Source of the DNA: an uncultured virus (IMG/VR IMGVR_UViG_3300037043_000022)
Taxonomy: Duplodnaviria > Heunggongvirae > Uroviricota > Caudoviricetes
Length of the DNA stretch: 44,958 bases
Strand: one strand, 5' to 3'
Virus record (IMG/VR): IMGVR_UViG_3300037043_000022
The notes under the pieces were generated by a model. The model was given only the letters and a program-made list of their open reading frames with translations. It did not search any database and was not told the DNA's origin. Below, one piece after another: positions 26,117-35,936 of this stretch. Within the stretch, counting starts at the first letter, position 1; the number at the start of each line of letters is the position of its first letter. Made by a program: the position numbers and the translations under genes.

Positions 26117-29100
26117 TTACTGAATCGCAGGGGTTAGAATCAATTCTATTGATTTAGGATCGCCTAGCGTTTTGATTGATTCATCTGCCAATATTTTCTG
26201 CATGATTTTGTCTGACATGGTCTTATCATAATAAAACGTCGCCACGCCTGAATCCGGCCGTCCTTCAAATTCTACGCCATCAAGCGTAGGCCAAGCTATT
26301 GCCGGATGCCCAGCTTCAGCCTCTATGAATTTTCGTACGCATGGCGTATTCATAGTTTCACCGCCGCCACACGTCATGTCTACGCCTAGACTCCGTTTAA
26401 CCACTATCCATTTGACGCCATCAACCACGACATATGCACCGCAACATTCCTCAATGCGCCAACCGCGTTCATACCATTCTACTTGAGTTGCAGCCATTTC
26501 ACAACTATTAGGAATTAATGGCGCAGCACCAGTAACGTCAGTGCCCACTATGTCTTGCTCATAGCAAAGCACGTCTTTAATAAGTAACGTAGTCGAACCA
26601 AAATTATCTTCAATTGGCACATCCCGAATCCAAAGCCAAAGCGGCCCGCCAGGATGACTCAGTGAATGTCGCAATCCAAGATATGCCGCTTCAGCCTCGG
26701 CAAGCGTTGGGAAGGCGTCTTCATCTGGATATGGTTGACCGCTCGGTATCATGACTTCAGAAGTCTTGTATTTTCCATCATTCATTTGTTGCGTATATCG
26801 GAAAGCACCGGTATAGAGACCTTCCTTATAAGCACTACAACAATCGACGATCTCTATGACATATTCGCCCGCTTGCAACCCATCAACGCGCACGCCGATG
26901 TTTTCATTGAATTCCGACGTAACGTGGATGCGAGGATCAAGTGTGACGAGCGCACCACGACAGGCACACTCCATGTCTTCAATTAATATGGTTGCAGGAC
27001 CCATCACTATGGCGTCGTTTGGACCGGAATTAGTATAGGGCTGATCATGATTGATGAAACTTCCTACCCAACCACCATTGTGACTGAATAGAACCGGCAC
27101 ATGATTGTTTGGATCCGAATTCATGATGTTATGCAATTTCGGCCAGACGACCGACGCAGGATCCAGCGCCTTTACGCCGCCCAGCTTGGCAATTTCCTTT
27201 GAATAATCCTTGATTTGGCCTAATACCAAATAATTGTCACCTGAATTATATGCCAATTGTATCTTGCGTGATTTGTGGATTGTGGGATATGCACCTTCTG
27301 GATTGTATGGATCAATCTCATTTCCTGCAGTCAATGGTTCATAAACGGACGAATTCTTATTGAATCCATAACTAATTGTATTATGCCCCACTGCAATTAT
27401 GACGCTATTGTCAAGCGTAGTTGATGCAACATTTGTTCCACCGCTTGCCGACGTATATATGTCACCCCATTTATATGATCCATCTGATCTTGCTAACACT
27501 TCGCTGGCTCTCGGACCACCATTCAACATATTGCCGTTAGGCAATATTGCCAATCTACTTGACCCAGTGTGCATCTCTGGTGCATTAATCCATGAATTAG
27601 TAGATGGCGTATAAAATTGACATGATGTAGTTTCCGTTGCAGTATAAACGCTTGGGTCGGATTTCACACCACCAGCAATGACGACCCTTCCATCCGTCAT
27701 TAATGCTGCATCATGTCCATATACCCCATAAGTCATTTCGCCAGTCTGAGACCACGTCCCAGAAGCTATGTCATAAATTTCCGCCGTCTTATGCGTTACC
27801 GAACTTCCATCTCTACCACCAGCAACGAGCACCGTACCATTAGACAATAACGTTGCCGTATGTCCAAATCTAGGCACCGACATACCGCCGGTCACAGCCC
27901 AGGTTCCAGTGTTTGGATCATAAATCTCACACGAAATGGTGGGCGTCAAACTTGCATAACTTGATGCGCTAGTTGGATGTCGCCCCCCGACAACCAAAAC
28001 CCTACCATCATTGAGCATCGTCATGGTAAATTCACGACGACCAAGTACGCCAACCATATTACCAGTTGTTGCCCAAGTATCAGTAGATGGATTATATAAT
28101 TCACAGAACGGTGCGTAAGCCCCAGAATAGGCATCATAACCACCAGCAAGCAGAACTTTACCATTGTTTAAAAGAATGGCATTATGTCCACCAATATATC
28201 CCGGCGCATATGTTACGGACGCAGCATCCGTCCATCTCTCAGTCGAATAGTCATAAATTTCTGGGATAGTCCTACTGCTGACATAATCCATATTCCAACC
28301 ACTGTCAGTTTTTGGATGATTAACGCCCCCTAAACCACCTATGACCATCGCCTTATTGTCGCCAATGTTCACAACCACCAATCCAGAATTTCTCCACCGT
28401 TTCATGTCGCCAGTAGTTCGCCAATTACCATTTCGAGTGGCAACGTCATCAGTCCCTACACCACCCGGATCAGCATCACCGATGTTTACTGGGCAACAAT
28501 CAATTATTTTAGCTCTATATAGACCACGCTCCAAATCGACGGCCAAATTATATGGCGTCGGTGCATCGGTCCATGGCCCACCGTTTGGCAAATTCATACC
28601 AGGGATGTCTGCGAGCGGCACCGGTTCATAACCATCCGGCGATTGTACCCAACTGTTTGGAATGGATTGGATCAACGATGAACACTTCATTTGTACCACG
28701 TCTGCACCACCACCGGGCAAAGAACATTCCTTGTCCGGATCCATTTCAATCATATCCTTACCTGGCCCCTGCATGATTAATTTTAAATCGCTTTGTGCTG
28801 CTTGAATTCGAGCATTGTCAACTCTGTCACGGAAATCCTGGTTTCTCGTTCTAGATTGACAGTTTTCTAAAGCACAACATATGGCATTCTTCTGAGTATT
28901 GAAGACGGCAATCATCGTCCTCATCCACTCAAGTACCAATGCTTCTTTTCTGGCTTTCAAAGTACGAACCAACGTCTCATATCGTTCTTGTAACAATTGC
29001 AAAATGATCGTCACGTCAACGTAATACAACGTCGTACCGCATGACGTATCACATTTTGGATCTCGCACGAAACACTGACCGGGCGGTACGTCAGCGACTA

Positions 29101-29839
29101 ACAACCATGGGCTGTTATATTTCTTCGGCCTCACTAATTTTGGACAAGCATTTGGATTGCCAATAGTGGCACGACTTACCACTATATAATTCTCTTCAGG
29201 AGAGATGCTTTCCGTAGTTATGTCAACTATTGCCCGATTTGCGTTTGGGTCAGCTTGTACAAATGAAACGTTATCCAACGTCAAGATGCCATCAAATGGA
29301 GCATTGGCACCAGGATCGCCGACAGGACCCTGTGGACCCGTATCTAAGCGGTCAATCCCCGGTTCACCCCTTGGTCCCTTTGCCCCTTGTGGGCCTTTTG
29401 TCTTTTTGTATCGCAATTTGCCACGTTGCGACACCTCTTCCAATAATTGATCAATGTTTACGGTAAAATCGAATGCATGGGTATCTTCATGTAAATGCCA
29501 TGGTTTATCTTGACCAGAAACCCCGGCAATTTTGTTCATTATTTTAGGTGATGACGTTATGTTTAAGGATTCATCTAATGAACGTAATGAAATTACGCCT
29601 TGATCGAATTTCGCATTGCAATCCTGTGAAGTCAGTGTGATTCTCGGTGGAGGCAATAACAAACCCATGATCTTATTAAAATCTTCTTTAGACATCAACC
29701 CATCAGACTGTGGCGTAGCTAAAGATGGATCAAATATCCCATCTACCCTAATCCATGCTTTGCTTGACGTTGAATAAATGTAGACCGACCCACCAACTTC
29801 AACTATTTGTTTATCGATCGGATTCGGAGGAAATCCCAT
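26117..29839 (-). CDS. Large virion-type protein with short collagen-like segment and Kelch beta-propeller
   Basis: FPPNP...YIY..W N-terminus, DGLMSKED motif, GPQGAKGPRGEPG, several Kelch repeats (LxxGxVLxxGG...EIYDPxTxTW). Confidence 0.8.
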   Translation of the reverse strand: MGFPPNPIDKQIVEVGGSVYIYSTSSKAWIRVDGIFDPSLATPQSDGLMSKEDFNKIMGLLLPPPRITLTSQDCNAKFDQGVISLRSLDESLNITSSPKIMNKIAGVSGQDKPWHLHEDTHAFDFTVNIDQLLEEVSQRGKLRYKKTKGPQGAKGPRGEPGIDRLDTGPQGPVGDPGANAPFDGILTLDNVSFVQADPNANRAIVDITTESISPEENYIVVSRATIGNPNACPKLVRPKKYNSPWLLVADVPPGQCFVRDPKCDTSCGTTLYYVDVTIILQLLQERYETLVRTLKARKEALVLEWMRTMIAVFNTQKNAICCALENCQSRTRNQDFRDRVDNARIQAAQSDLKLIMQGPGKDMIEMDPDKECSLPGGGADVVQMKCSSLIQSIPNSWVQSPDGYEPVPLADIPGMNLPNGGPWTDAPTPYNLAVDLERGLYRAKIIDCCPVNIGDADPGGVGTDDVATRNGNWRTTGDMKRWRNSGLVVVNIGDNKAMVIGGLGGVNHPKTDSGWNMDYVSSRTIPEIYDYSTERWTDAASVTYAPGYIGGHNAILLNNGKVLLAGGYDAYSGAYAPFCELYNPSTDTWATTGNMVGVLGRREFTMTMLNDGRVLVVGGRHPTSASSYASLTPTISCEIYDPNTGTWAVTGGMSVPRFGHTATLLSNGTVLVAGGRDGSSVTHKTAEIYDIASGTWSQTGEMTYGVYGHDAALMTDGRVVIAGGVKSDPSVYTATETTSCQFYTPSTNSWINAPEMHTGSSRLAILPNGNMLNGGPRASEVLARSDGSYKWGDIYTSASGGTNVASTTLDNSVIIAVGHNTISYGFNKNSSVYEPLTAGNEIDPYNPEGAYPTIHKSRKIQLAYNSGDNYLVLGQIKDYSKEIAKLGGVKALDPASVVWPKLHNIMNSDPNNHVPVLFSHNGGWVGSFINHDQPYTNSGPNDAIVMGPATILIEDMECACRGALVTLDPRIHVTSEFNENIGVRVDGLQAGEYVIEIVDCCSAYKEGLYTGAFRYTQQMNDGKYKTSEVMIPSGQPYPDEDAFPTLAEAEAAYLGLRHSLSHPGGPLWLWIRDVPIEDNFGSTTLLIKDVLCYEQDIVGTDVTGAAPLIPNSCEMAATQVEWYERGWRIEECCGAYVVVDGVKWIVVKRSLGVDMTCGGGETMNTPCVRKFIEAEAGHPAIAWPTLDGVEFEGRPDSGVATFYYDKTMSDKIMQKILADESIKTLGDPKSIELILTPAIQ

Positions 29840-29842
29840 GGT

Positions 29843-31552
29843 TTATGGTTCCGGTATGACTTCGTTGACGACGTGTGTACGCTTCAACGTGAAACGCACG
29901 ACGCGCATGTATATTTCACCCGTGCCTATGCCACTTGCAACGTCAGCACGCAGAATGATCCTACCGCCGGTATCCGGCAACGACGTTACCATTGCCTTCT
30001 CTAGGATTGGACCGTTTAAATATGCGTTTTGTACCGATTCAGAATCGAATTTGTTATGTGATTCCGTAGTTTGTGGCAATTTCAACGTGACGGTACTAGT
30101 AGTGATTATTTGGGCTGAAACGCCAACCCCAGCAACGCTGGAACCGACCACATATCCAGCGGTTGAGTCAATTTGATCGTAAATGGCACCGCCAATATAT
30201 TGAATGACATAATCGCCGTCAGGCAACGTAGTCGAGAAGAAATTGCCCTTCCCGTTTTCATCAATCCTGACCAATACGTCCACTCCCGGCGTCAACGTAA
30301 ACGTACCTATATCAATGATGCTTGCACCGTCTTTGTATTTCTCACCGAAGAAATACACGGCAAGAGCATCGTTTGGATCACCCTCGCCACAATCTTCGGG
30401 AGATATTCCAAAACACGTCTCAATGGGCAGTTTAAATTCACAATTAGCCAATTCTTCAGCGAGAATGTTCAATTGTTGTCTAGCTGCATCGTCTCTACCA
30501 ATTATGTGTTCTCTGATTTGAACGTCATATTTCTCATTCAATTTCAGGAGTTCATTTCTATAATAATTCACAATTGAATTGATGAATGCTGACAACGTGC
30601 TGGCATTTACGTCTGTCTCTTTAATCTCACCACCCGGTTCAAACCCACGAGGATAATGCATGGTTGTAACGTCTGTTGACGATAATGGATCATCCCCTAA
30701 TTTCACAATTTCATATCCAAATTCATCGTCGGTAAATTCGATGCTTCTAATGATCGGTGAAGCTATAACTTGATCGGCTGGTATGTCACTGGTCGGCACG
30801 CGCATGCGCGACTTAATTACTGACATTATCCCCCGTTCAGGATTCAATTCTAATCCAACAATGGCCGTATCCCTAATTTCATCCAATTCTATCGTTTTAA
30901 TGCCAGTAAACTTATGGGGTTCAAGTGCATCGACGCCAGGATCACCTTTGGCCCCCTGTGGTCCATCCCCAGTGCCAGGCGCACCCCGCTTGCCTAATGG
31001 ACCAGTCTCACCCTTAGGACCGGCACAACCCGGTATCTCAAAGCATAATGAATTTATAAATTTCTGACTGACCTGAAAATTGAAACCTGGTTTTGGAGCA
31101 TTGTCTGGCGTCGAACCAACCGAACATCCAGCAGGGTTGCACCCCGGTTGTTTCAGATTTTTCAATTCCGAACCGTCACCAGTTACACATGTGATGTCTA
31201 TGGAATCTGAAACGAATTCGACGTCACCCCAGATCACACCATCTGGATTTGCCGGGTCCGACACCCCAAGTAATGGTTTAACTATTATCCCAAATCCACC
31301 ACCTTTATGCGGTATTGAATCAATTAAACCTTTATCATGCGCCGACATTAAACCAGTCGTAGTTCTATTGGCCAACGGAAATTTAGAAACGCTGGCATCC
31401 CTACGCCAACAATTAAACTCACCATCAAATATCCACCTAACGCCATACGAATCAACCATCACCTGTCCATTGAACGGTTGATTCGGATATGGTTTACAAA
31501 CTGTAGCTTCAGCCATATAACTATTTATCCTCACTTCCTCTAGTCGAACCAT
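29843..31552 (-). CDS. Virion-type protein, paralogous to the N-terminus of 26117..29839
   Basis: YPNQP..GQ, GLMSAHDK, GPKGETGPLG...GPQGAKGDPG, AIVGL. Confidence 0.7.
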   Translation of the reverse strand: MVRLEEVRINSYMAEATVCKPYPNQPFNGQVMVDSYGVRWIFDGEFNCWRRDASVSKFPLANRTTTGLMSAHDKGLIDSIPHKGGGFGIIVKPLLGVSDPANPDGVIWGDVEFVSDSIDITCVTGDGSELKNLKQPGCNPAGCSVGSTPDNAPKPGFNFQVSQKFINSLCFEIPGCAGPKGETGPLGKRGAPGTGDGPQGAKGDPGVDALEPHKFTGIKTIELDEIRDTAIVGLELNPERGIMSVIKSRMRVPTSDIPADQVIASPIIRSIEFTDDEFGYEIVKLGDDPLSSTDVTTMHYPRGFEPGGEIKETDVNASTLSAFINSIVNYYRNELLKLNEKYDVQIREHIIGRDDAARQQLNILAEELANCEFKLPIETCFGISPEDCGEGDPNDALAVYFFGEKYKDGASIIDIGTFTLTPGVDVLVRIDENGKGNFFSTTLPDGDYVIQYIGGAIYDQIDSTAGYVVGSSVAGVGVSAQIITTSTVTLKLPQTTESHNKFDSESVQNAYLNGPILEKAMVTSLPDTGGRIILRADVASGIGTGEIYMRVVRFTLKRTHVVNEVIPEP

Positions 31553-31602
31553 ACAAAATGCAAAACAAAATGATGATTACGATGATTTCCATATAATATA
31601 TT

Positions 31603-32541
31603 TTACGACCGTCTTTCGGCGGCATTAGTTTTTAATAGATTTATTTCATCCGACGATAATCCAACTACGTTCTTGGCAATGTCATACTCCTTCGTCAAAG
31701 TAGTGTTCAACACTACTGGATCATCAGTGCCAATGGTCACTTCACATCCTTTCCGCAAAAATTTCTTGATTGGATGATCCCTCAAGTCTCTTATAACGCC
31801 GGTTCTATAATTTGATGACAATGCCATATCAAAACACACACCATATTCATTTGCCATATCAATGGCACCAGGATCATCGTCAATGGCCCGAATGCCATGA
31901 CATATTCTCCTGACGCCCATCTTAATGGCCTTTCGGACGTTCGTGCCCGTCTGGCTCTCACCAACGTGCATTGCCGCTATTTTGCCATAGGAGATCCAAT
32001 CTTCACATATGACGCAACATACGTCGCGAACACGGACGTCCTCGAAACATCGTTCATTGCCAACAAAATCTATTGCTTGTATTTTGTCCGAAACTTTGTG
32101 CCTAAGCAATGTATTGGATAACCAAATTTGTTCGGCCGGTTCGCTTTCATATTTAAACGACAGTACTGGTACGATCATGACGTCTTTAATTGAATTTAAT
32201 TTATTACAAATGGTTTCTGCAGCCTCGATGATGTGGTCACGACCATATTTATAAAGCGAGAATTTCAATTCACAATAATCAATGCATTCATCTCTTAAAG
32301 AACGTGCAATCGAATCAATCGCCATTTCTATTTCAATCATAGTCCACGGAATCTTATTGAAAACGTTGAATTTCTTCAAAAAAAGATCAAAATCATGCTC
32401 ATCATTACCATTAAACGTCATTTTTCTCTTTAAATCTTCCACATCAGTCGCCACATCATAAGCATTATGTCGACATATCATGTCCCACACATGGTCTACG
32501 GATATGCTTCCAGCAAAATGCCTATGACAATCAGCTCGCAT
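31603..32541 (-). CDS. Adenosine deaminase-family amidohydrolase
   Basis: DCHRHFAGS (HxH), DFVGNE, HVGE, RRICHG, SSNYRTG, HPI, IGTDDP. Confidence 0.88.
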   Translation of the reverse strand: MRADCHRHFAGSISVDHVWDMICRHNAYDVATDVEDLKRKMTFNGNDEHDFDLFLKKFNVFNKIPWTMIEIEMAIDSIARSLRDECIDYCELKFSLYKYGRDHIIEAAETICNKLNSIKDVMIVPVLSFKYESEPAEQIWLSNTLLRHKVSDKIQAIDFVGNERCFEDVRVRDVCCVICEDWISYGKIAAMHVGESQTGTNVRKAIKMGVRRICHGIRAIDDDPGAIDMANEYGVCFDMALSSNYRTGVIRDLRDHPIKKFLRKGCEVTIGTDDPVVLNTTLTKEYDIAKNVVGLSSDEINLLKTNAAERRS

Positions 32542-32574
32542 TTGATTTTCTCTCCGATCATTATTGTCCGCAGA

Positions 32575-33153
32575 TTACCTGACCCAGTACGACTCATTAA
32601 ACGTCTCACGATTGGATTCAATTTTCTTTAATACTTCAGCTCTATATTTTAACTGCGGCAAGACATTGTCATGTCTGTACACATGCATGTCCGCCGCGAT
32701 CTTAGATAACACTATTGCATCCGCCACATTATCGTCGTTTACGTCAACGTCCAAATTCTTATAAACTTCCTTCATAATTAGTGATTTATGACCGATCCCA
32801 CGACCCGTAATGTATTTCTTCAATTGACTGCCGACGACGGTCATCCATGGGACGTTATGGTCGTTGATTTTAGTCCCATTAATCTTGTGTCTGACTATTG
32901 CACCCATTTCGATCAATGCCATGGTGGTTTTCACGTTATATGGACTACATATATAATCTTCCAATATGACGAATGACGGATTTCTACTTTCTATCGCCGT
33001 ACAGACTTCATTGGCGATGAACTCATATCTATGCCATCGATCAATATGTTCTTTTGGTTTGGTCTCTATTAGTCGCCAGTCATATGTCTCACCATCATGG
33101 AAAGCATAAGCAGTGCCAGTAAGTGATAAGTCTATGCCCATAAAAACGTTCAT
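32575..33153 (-). CDS. RuvC-like Holliday junction resolvase
   Basis: GIDLSLTGTAY, ILED, LKKYITG, DDNVADAIVL; GGAGG SD. Confidence 0.82.
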   Translation of the reverse strand: MNVFMGIDLSLTGTAYAFHDGETYDWRLIETKPKEHIDRWHRYEFIANEVCTAIESRNPSFVILEDYICSPYNVKTTMALIEMGAIVRHKINGTKINDHNVPWMTVVGSQLKKYITGRGIGHKSLIMKEVYKNLDVDVNDDNVADAIVLSKIAADMHVYRHDNVLPQLKYRAEVLKKIESNRETFNESYWVR

Positions 33154-33238
33154 GAAATTTCCTCCCTCTTATTAAATACGTCAAAGATAATTTGTGCGTA
33201 ACAAAACAACGGAAAACAGAGACAAAGGAGATGAGATC

Positions 33239-33394
33239 ATGCGTTTAATGGCTTGTTTGGCAGTGTTTGGATTGGTTGGGTTATTCGGTTGTGCGAAAAC
33301 CGGAGAAGTAACGGAAGTGAAGACGGAAGAAGTGAAAACCGAAGCAAAAGAGGAAGTGAAAACCGAAGTAAAAGAGGAAGCAAAAACGGAGTAA
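33239..33394 (+). CDS. Small lipoprotein with E/K/T/V-rich repeats
   Basis: AAAGGAG SD; lipobox LFGC; EEVKTE repeats. Confidence 0.65.
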   Translation: MRLMACLAVFGLVGLFGCAKTGEVTEVKTEEVKTEAKEEVKTEVKEEAKTE

Positions 33395-33398
33395 AACC

Positions 33399-34076
33399 AT
33401 GAAATTAAGCAATTTACACGAAGATGGAAGTTGGCAGGCGGTGTCCGGTCATCCCGGTAAATTGGGTGACAAAAGCAAAATCAAGATACGCGGTGGTAAG
33501 GGTAAGAATCGCCTAAGTTTCATGACGCACCCAGAACAACGGAATAAATGGTTCAACGAGGATAATGACATAACTGAAGTTGGATCAAAACAATATTCAG
33601 ATGATACGATTGAACATGTACGCCAAGGTGGTACAGGTAGTGTTGGTGAGGTAAGAAAACCGAGTAATTCCGATATTGATGAAGTCGGAACCACCAAATA
33701 CGCTCAAAATACCGTCAATTTATCAAGAAAATATATAGGACCTCCTAAACGCATAGGAAAAATCAAACTTGAATCAATTTCCCAGAATCTTCCTCCAGAT
33801 GATCCAGAAACGCTCGGTAAGATGTTTAATGCCATGGATGGCAGTGATTTTATAGATTATTTGCGTCAAAGAACAAAAGAGAATCCTTCTACCCGTTTTA
33901 TAATTGTCGCTGATTGGGTGAATTCCCATAAAGCGAGAGCCGCAAAAGGCATTTTAGATCAATATGCATCAAAATTGCACATTGATGCATTTACCATTCG
34001 GGCTACGCGTCAACAATATTTAGAGGACGTCAACGCTTTCCAATCTGGTGTAAAATGGGAAGAAAAAGAGTATTGA
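33399..34076 (+). CDS. Hypothetical protein
   Basis: 225-aa ORF with internal duplication D(I)xEVG(S/T)xxY. Confidence 0.6.
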   Translation: MKLSNLHEDGSWQAVSGHPGKLGDKSKIKIRGGKGKNRLSFMTHPEQRNKWFNEDNDITEVGSKQYSDDTIEHVRQGGTGSVGEVRKPSNSDIDEVGTTKYAQNTVNLSRKYIGPPKRIGKIKLESISQNLPPDDPETLGKMFNAMDGSDFIDYLRQRTKENPSTRFIIVADWVNSHKARAAKGILDQYASKLHIDAFTIRATRQQYLEDVNAFQSGVKWEEKEY

Positions 34077-34101
34077 CAAGACGGCATTACGTCGATAATT
34101 T
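34073..34101 (+). promoter_or_regulatory. Putative early promoter, copy 1 (TTGACAAGACG...ACGTCGATAATTT)
   Basis: Consensus TTGACA; shares an extended motif with the copy at 34640. Confidence 0.55.
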
Positions 34102-34637
34102 TGGATATGAACAGTGCAGCCGATCGCCATCCATATTTTAAGGCAATGTCGCAAATTCAACTCCAATTTATTGAGACTGCAACCCTTGAATCATTAACCA
34201 GTCTCATTCAATTTGTAAAAGATAATTGGAAAAAACATGTCGGTAATGGTGGAACTCCGAACGAACCACCACCTGACCACGTCATAGTCACTGAATTGAT
34301 TAATGCAGACATCTTTCTGTCAGCTATAATTAATTCTCCTTATAGTAATTCTGTCGACCCAACCACCTTTGATCTTTATGCGGTAGAATTGAGGCCGTTG
34401 TTAAAAAAGATGCATAATAGTAGATTCTGGCCCGATATCACTTATGACGGCACAAAATGGAAAAGCCAGCCCCTAGAGTTTTATGTCATTGATGGCGAGA
34501 AACACACAGGCATCGCAACCCTTCGTAACAACATAGAACACTTTGTCTCTGATCAAGACCCAGATCATGCCTATTATTTTGTCTGGCAAATACCATTAAA
34601 TCACGACGCTCGATCCACAGTGCTTTATTGGCTCTAG
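34101..34637 (+). CDS. Hypothetical protein (start uncertain)
   Basis: ORF track. Confidence 0.55.
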   Translation: MDMNSAADRHPYFKAMSQIQLQFIETATLESLTSLIQFVKDNWKKHVGNGGTPNEPPPDHVIVTELINADIFLSAIINSPYSNSVDPTTFDLYAVELRPLLKKMHNSRFWPDITYDGTKWKSQPLEFYVIDGEKHTGIATLRNNIEHFVSDQDPDHAYYFVWQIPLNHDARSTVLYWL

Positions 34638-34639
34638 AA

Positions 34640-34667
34640 TTGACAAGACGACCCACGTTGATAAATC
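34640..34667 (+). promoter_or_regulatory. Putative early promoter, copy 2 (TTGACAAGACG...ACGTTGATAAAT)
   Basis: Consensus TTGACA immediately after a stop codon; same extended motif as 34073. Confidence 0.55.
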
Positions 34668-34709
34668 ATATAGGGCAAAGATGTCTACAATGGATTGGGG
34701 GATTTGAAC

Positions 34710-35003
34710 ATGTCAAAAATTGGTGATCCGGCAATAGACCAAGAGACGCTGAAGGGGTTGGCCATAGCTTCAACTGCAGTTGAAGCTTTCTCTAAGAAAC
34801 TTGCTGACCAGAAGACCATTTACAATCTAAATATGGATTCATTGGTCACAATTCAGGAAGGTCTAGAACATTTATCGGAAATGATCGCGCAATGTAAACG
34901 GCGAGTCATTAAACCGATATATACGCGTTTTCGTCAGAGTCAGGGTGGTCAAAAAGCTGCCATCCAAGCAAAACAATCTAAAGAAGACAATGTCGATAAA
35001 TAA
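34710..35003 (+). CDS. Hypothetical protein
   Basis: GGGGG SD-like sequence before ATG 34710. Confidence 0.55.
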   Translation: MSKIGDPAIDQETLKGLAIASTAVEAFSKKLADQKTIYNLNMDSLVTIQEGLEHLSEMIAQCKRRVIKPIYTRFRQSQGGQKAAIQAKQSKEDNVDK

Positions 35004-35016
35004 TGAGGGGTGTAAA

Positions 35017-35400
35017 ATGACGACGAAAGAATTGATTGCTGAACTTCAACGGTCGGACCCAACTGGTGAAGAACAAGTCGTATGTCCAGGGAACGAAGCG
35101 ATCTTATGTGTAGAGAGAATACCCGCATATCACGACGGAGCCTGTGAGGAATTGATCAAAAATGAAAATGGTTTAATTATAGGTGGTCGTCTCCGTCGAG
35201 AAGGCAAAAAAGTAAGAATTGTCACATGCTCACTTGAATGGGCATTGCTGGACAATCCCGATTTACCAATTGAAGTCCCAACTAAGAAATGGGACCATAG
35301 TGAGCATTGTAAACAGGAAGTCGAACGATGGCGTACAGAAGCACGGAAGATCACCGAGGAACTCAAGCCTCAGTCGAACAAGGAGAGAACATGCGAGTAA
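35017..35400 (+). CDS. Hypothetical phage protein (MTTKELIAELQ...)
   Basis: GAGGGG SD before ATG 35017. Confidence 0.7.
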   Translation: MTTKELIAELQRSDPTGEEQVVCPGNEAILCVERIPAYHDGACEELIKNENGLIIGGRLRREGKKVRIVTCSLEWALLDNPDLPIEVPTKKWDHSEHCKQEVERWRTEARKITEELKPQSNKERTCE

Positions 35401-35645
35401 GATATGAATGTAAATGGTGTGAAACGGATCACGGCGATACCGCCGAGGAATGTCTACAGCATGAGTTGGAATGTCATTCTAACCCAGCCTCGCGATCATG
35501 TGAGACATGCATGCATCACGGCACAGTAGTCGCGGATACGGGAAAGGTGTGGAACACCTGCGCGGTAGGGTTGCTTAAATCGCCGCGCTGGGTAGAAAAT
35601 CATGCTACCGCATGTCCGCAGTGGGACAAAAGAAAGCACCAGTGA
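35391..35645 (+). CDS. Cys/His-rich zinc-binding protein
   Basis: AAGGAG SD; CKWC...CLQHE...C, CETC. Confidence 0.65.
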   Translation: MRVRYECKWCETDHGDTAEECLQHELECHSNPASRSCETCMHHGTVVADTGKVWNTCAVGLLKSPRWVENHATACPQWDKRKHQ

Positions 35646-35646
35646 A

Positions 35647-35745
35647 ATGATAATTTTTACTATAAAGGACATCATTTTGATCATCCTCCTCGTTGGAGTT
35701 TTGATCATATGTTTGTGGGAATGGTTGAAAGGGGGTAAGGAATGA
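35647..35745 (+). CDS. Small membrane peptide (32 aa)
   Basis: MIIFTIKDIILIILLVGVLIICLWEWLKGGKE; stop overlaps the next ATG. Confidence 0.45.
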   Translation: MIIFTIKDIILIILLVGVLIICLWEWLKGGKE

Positions 35746-35749
35746 GTGA
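35727..35749 (+). repeat. 23-bp direct repeat, copy 1 (GAAAGGGGGTAAGGAATGAGTGA)
   Basis: Exact copy at 36567-36589. Confidence 0.85.
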
Positions 35750-35936
35750 CATCGGTCGCTTTAATTTTTCATGGAAGTGTCCGATCTGCAAGATGCACCA
35801 ACGTAAAGAACCACACAGGCGATTGAATCATCATATGATGGCAGCACACGATATGGTTTGGAGCGAAGTAAGGAACGAGTACGTCCAGCGGATACAAATG
35901 CATGGAACGGAAAGAGAAAGGAGCCGGGGGGGATGA
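35742..35936 (+). CDS. Small C2H2-like zinc-finger protein
   Basis: CPIC...HMMAAH. Confidence 0.55.
   Translation: MSDIGRFNFSWKCPICKMHQRKEPHRRLNHHMMAAHDMVWSEVRNEYVQRIQMHGTERERSRGG

Noticed and set aside
32575..33153. RuvC-fold protein as the nuclease partner of the RAMP system or a TnpB/Cas12 relative
   Set aside because: It is 19 kb away, only 192 aa, and has a stand-alone resolvase motif layout without a zinc finger or RNA-binding lobe.
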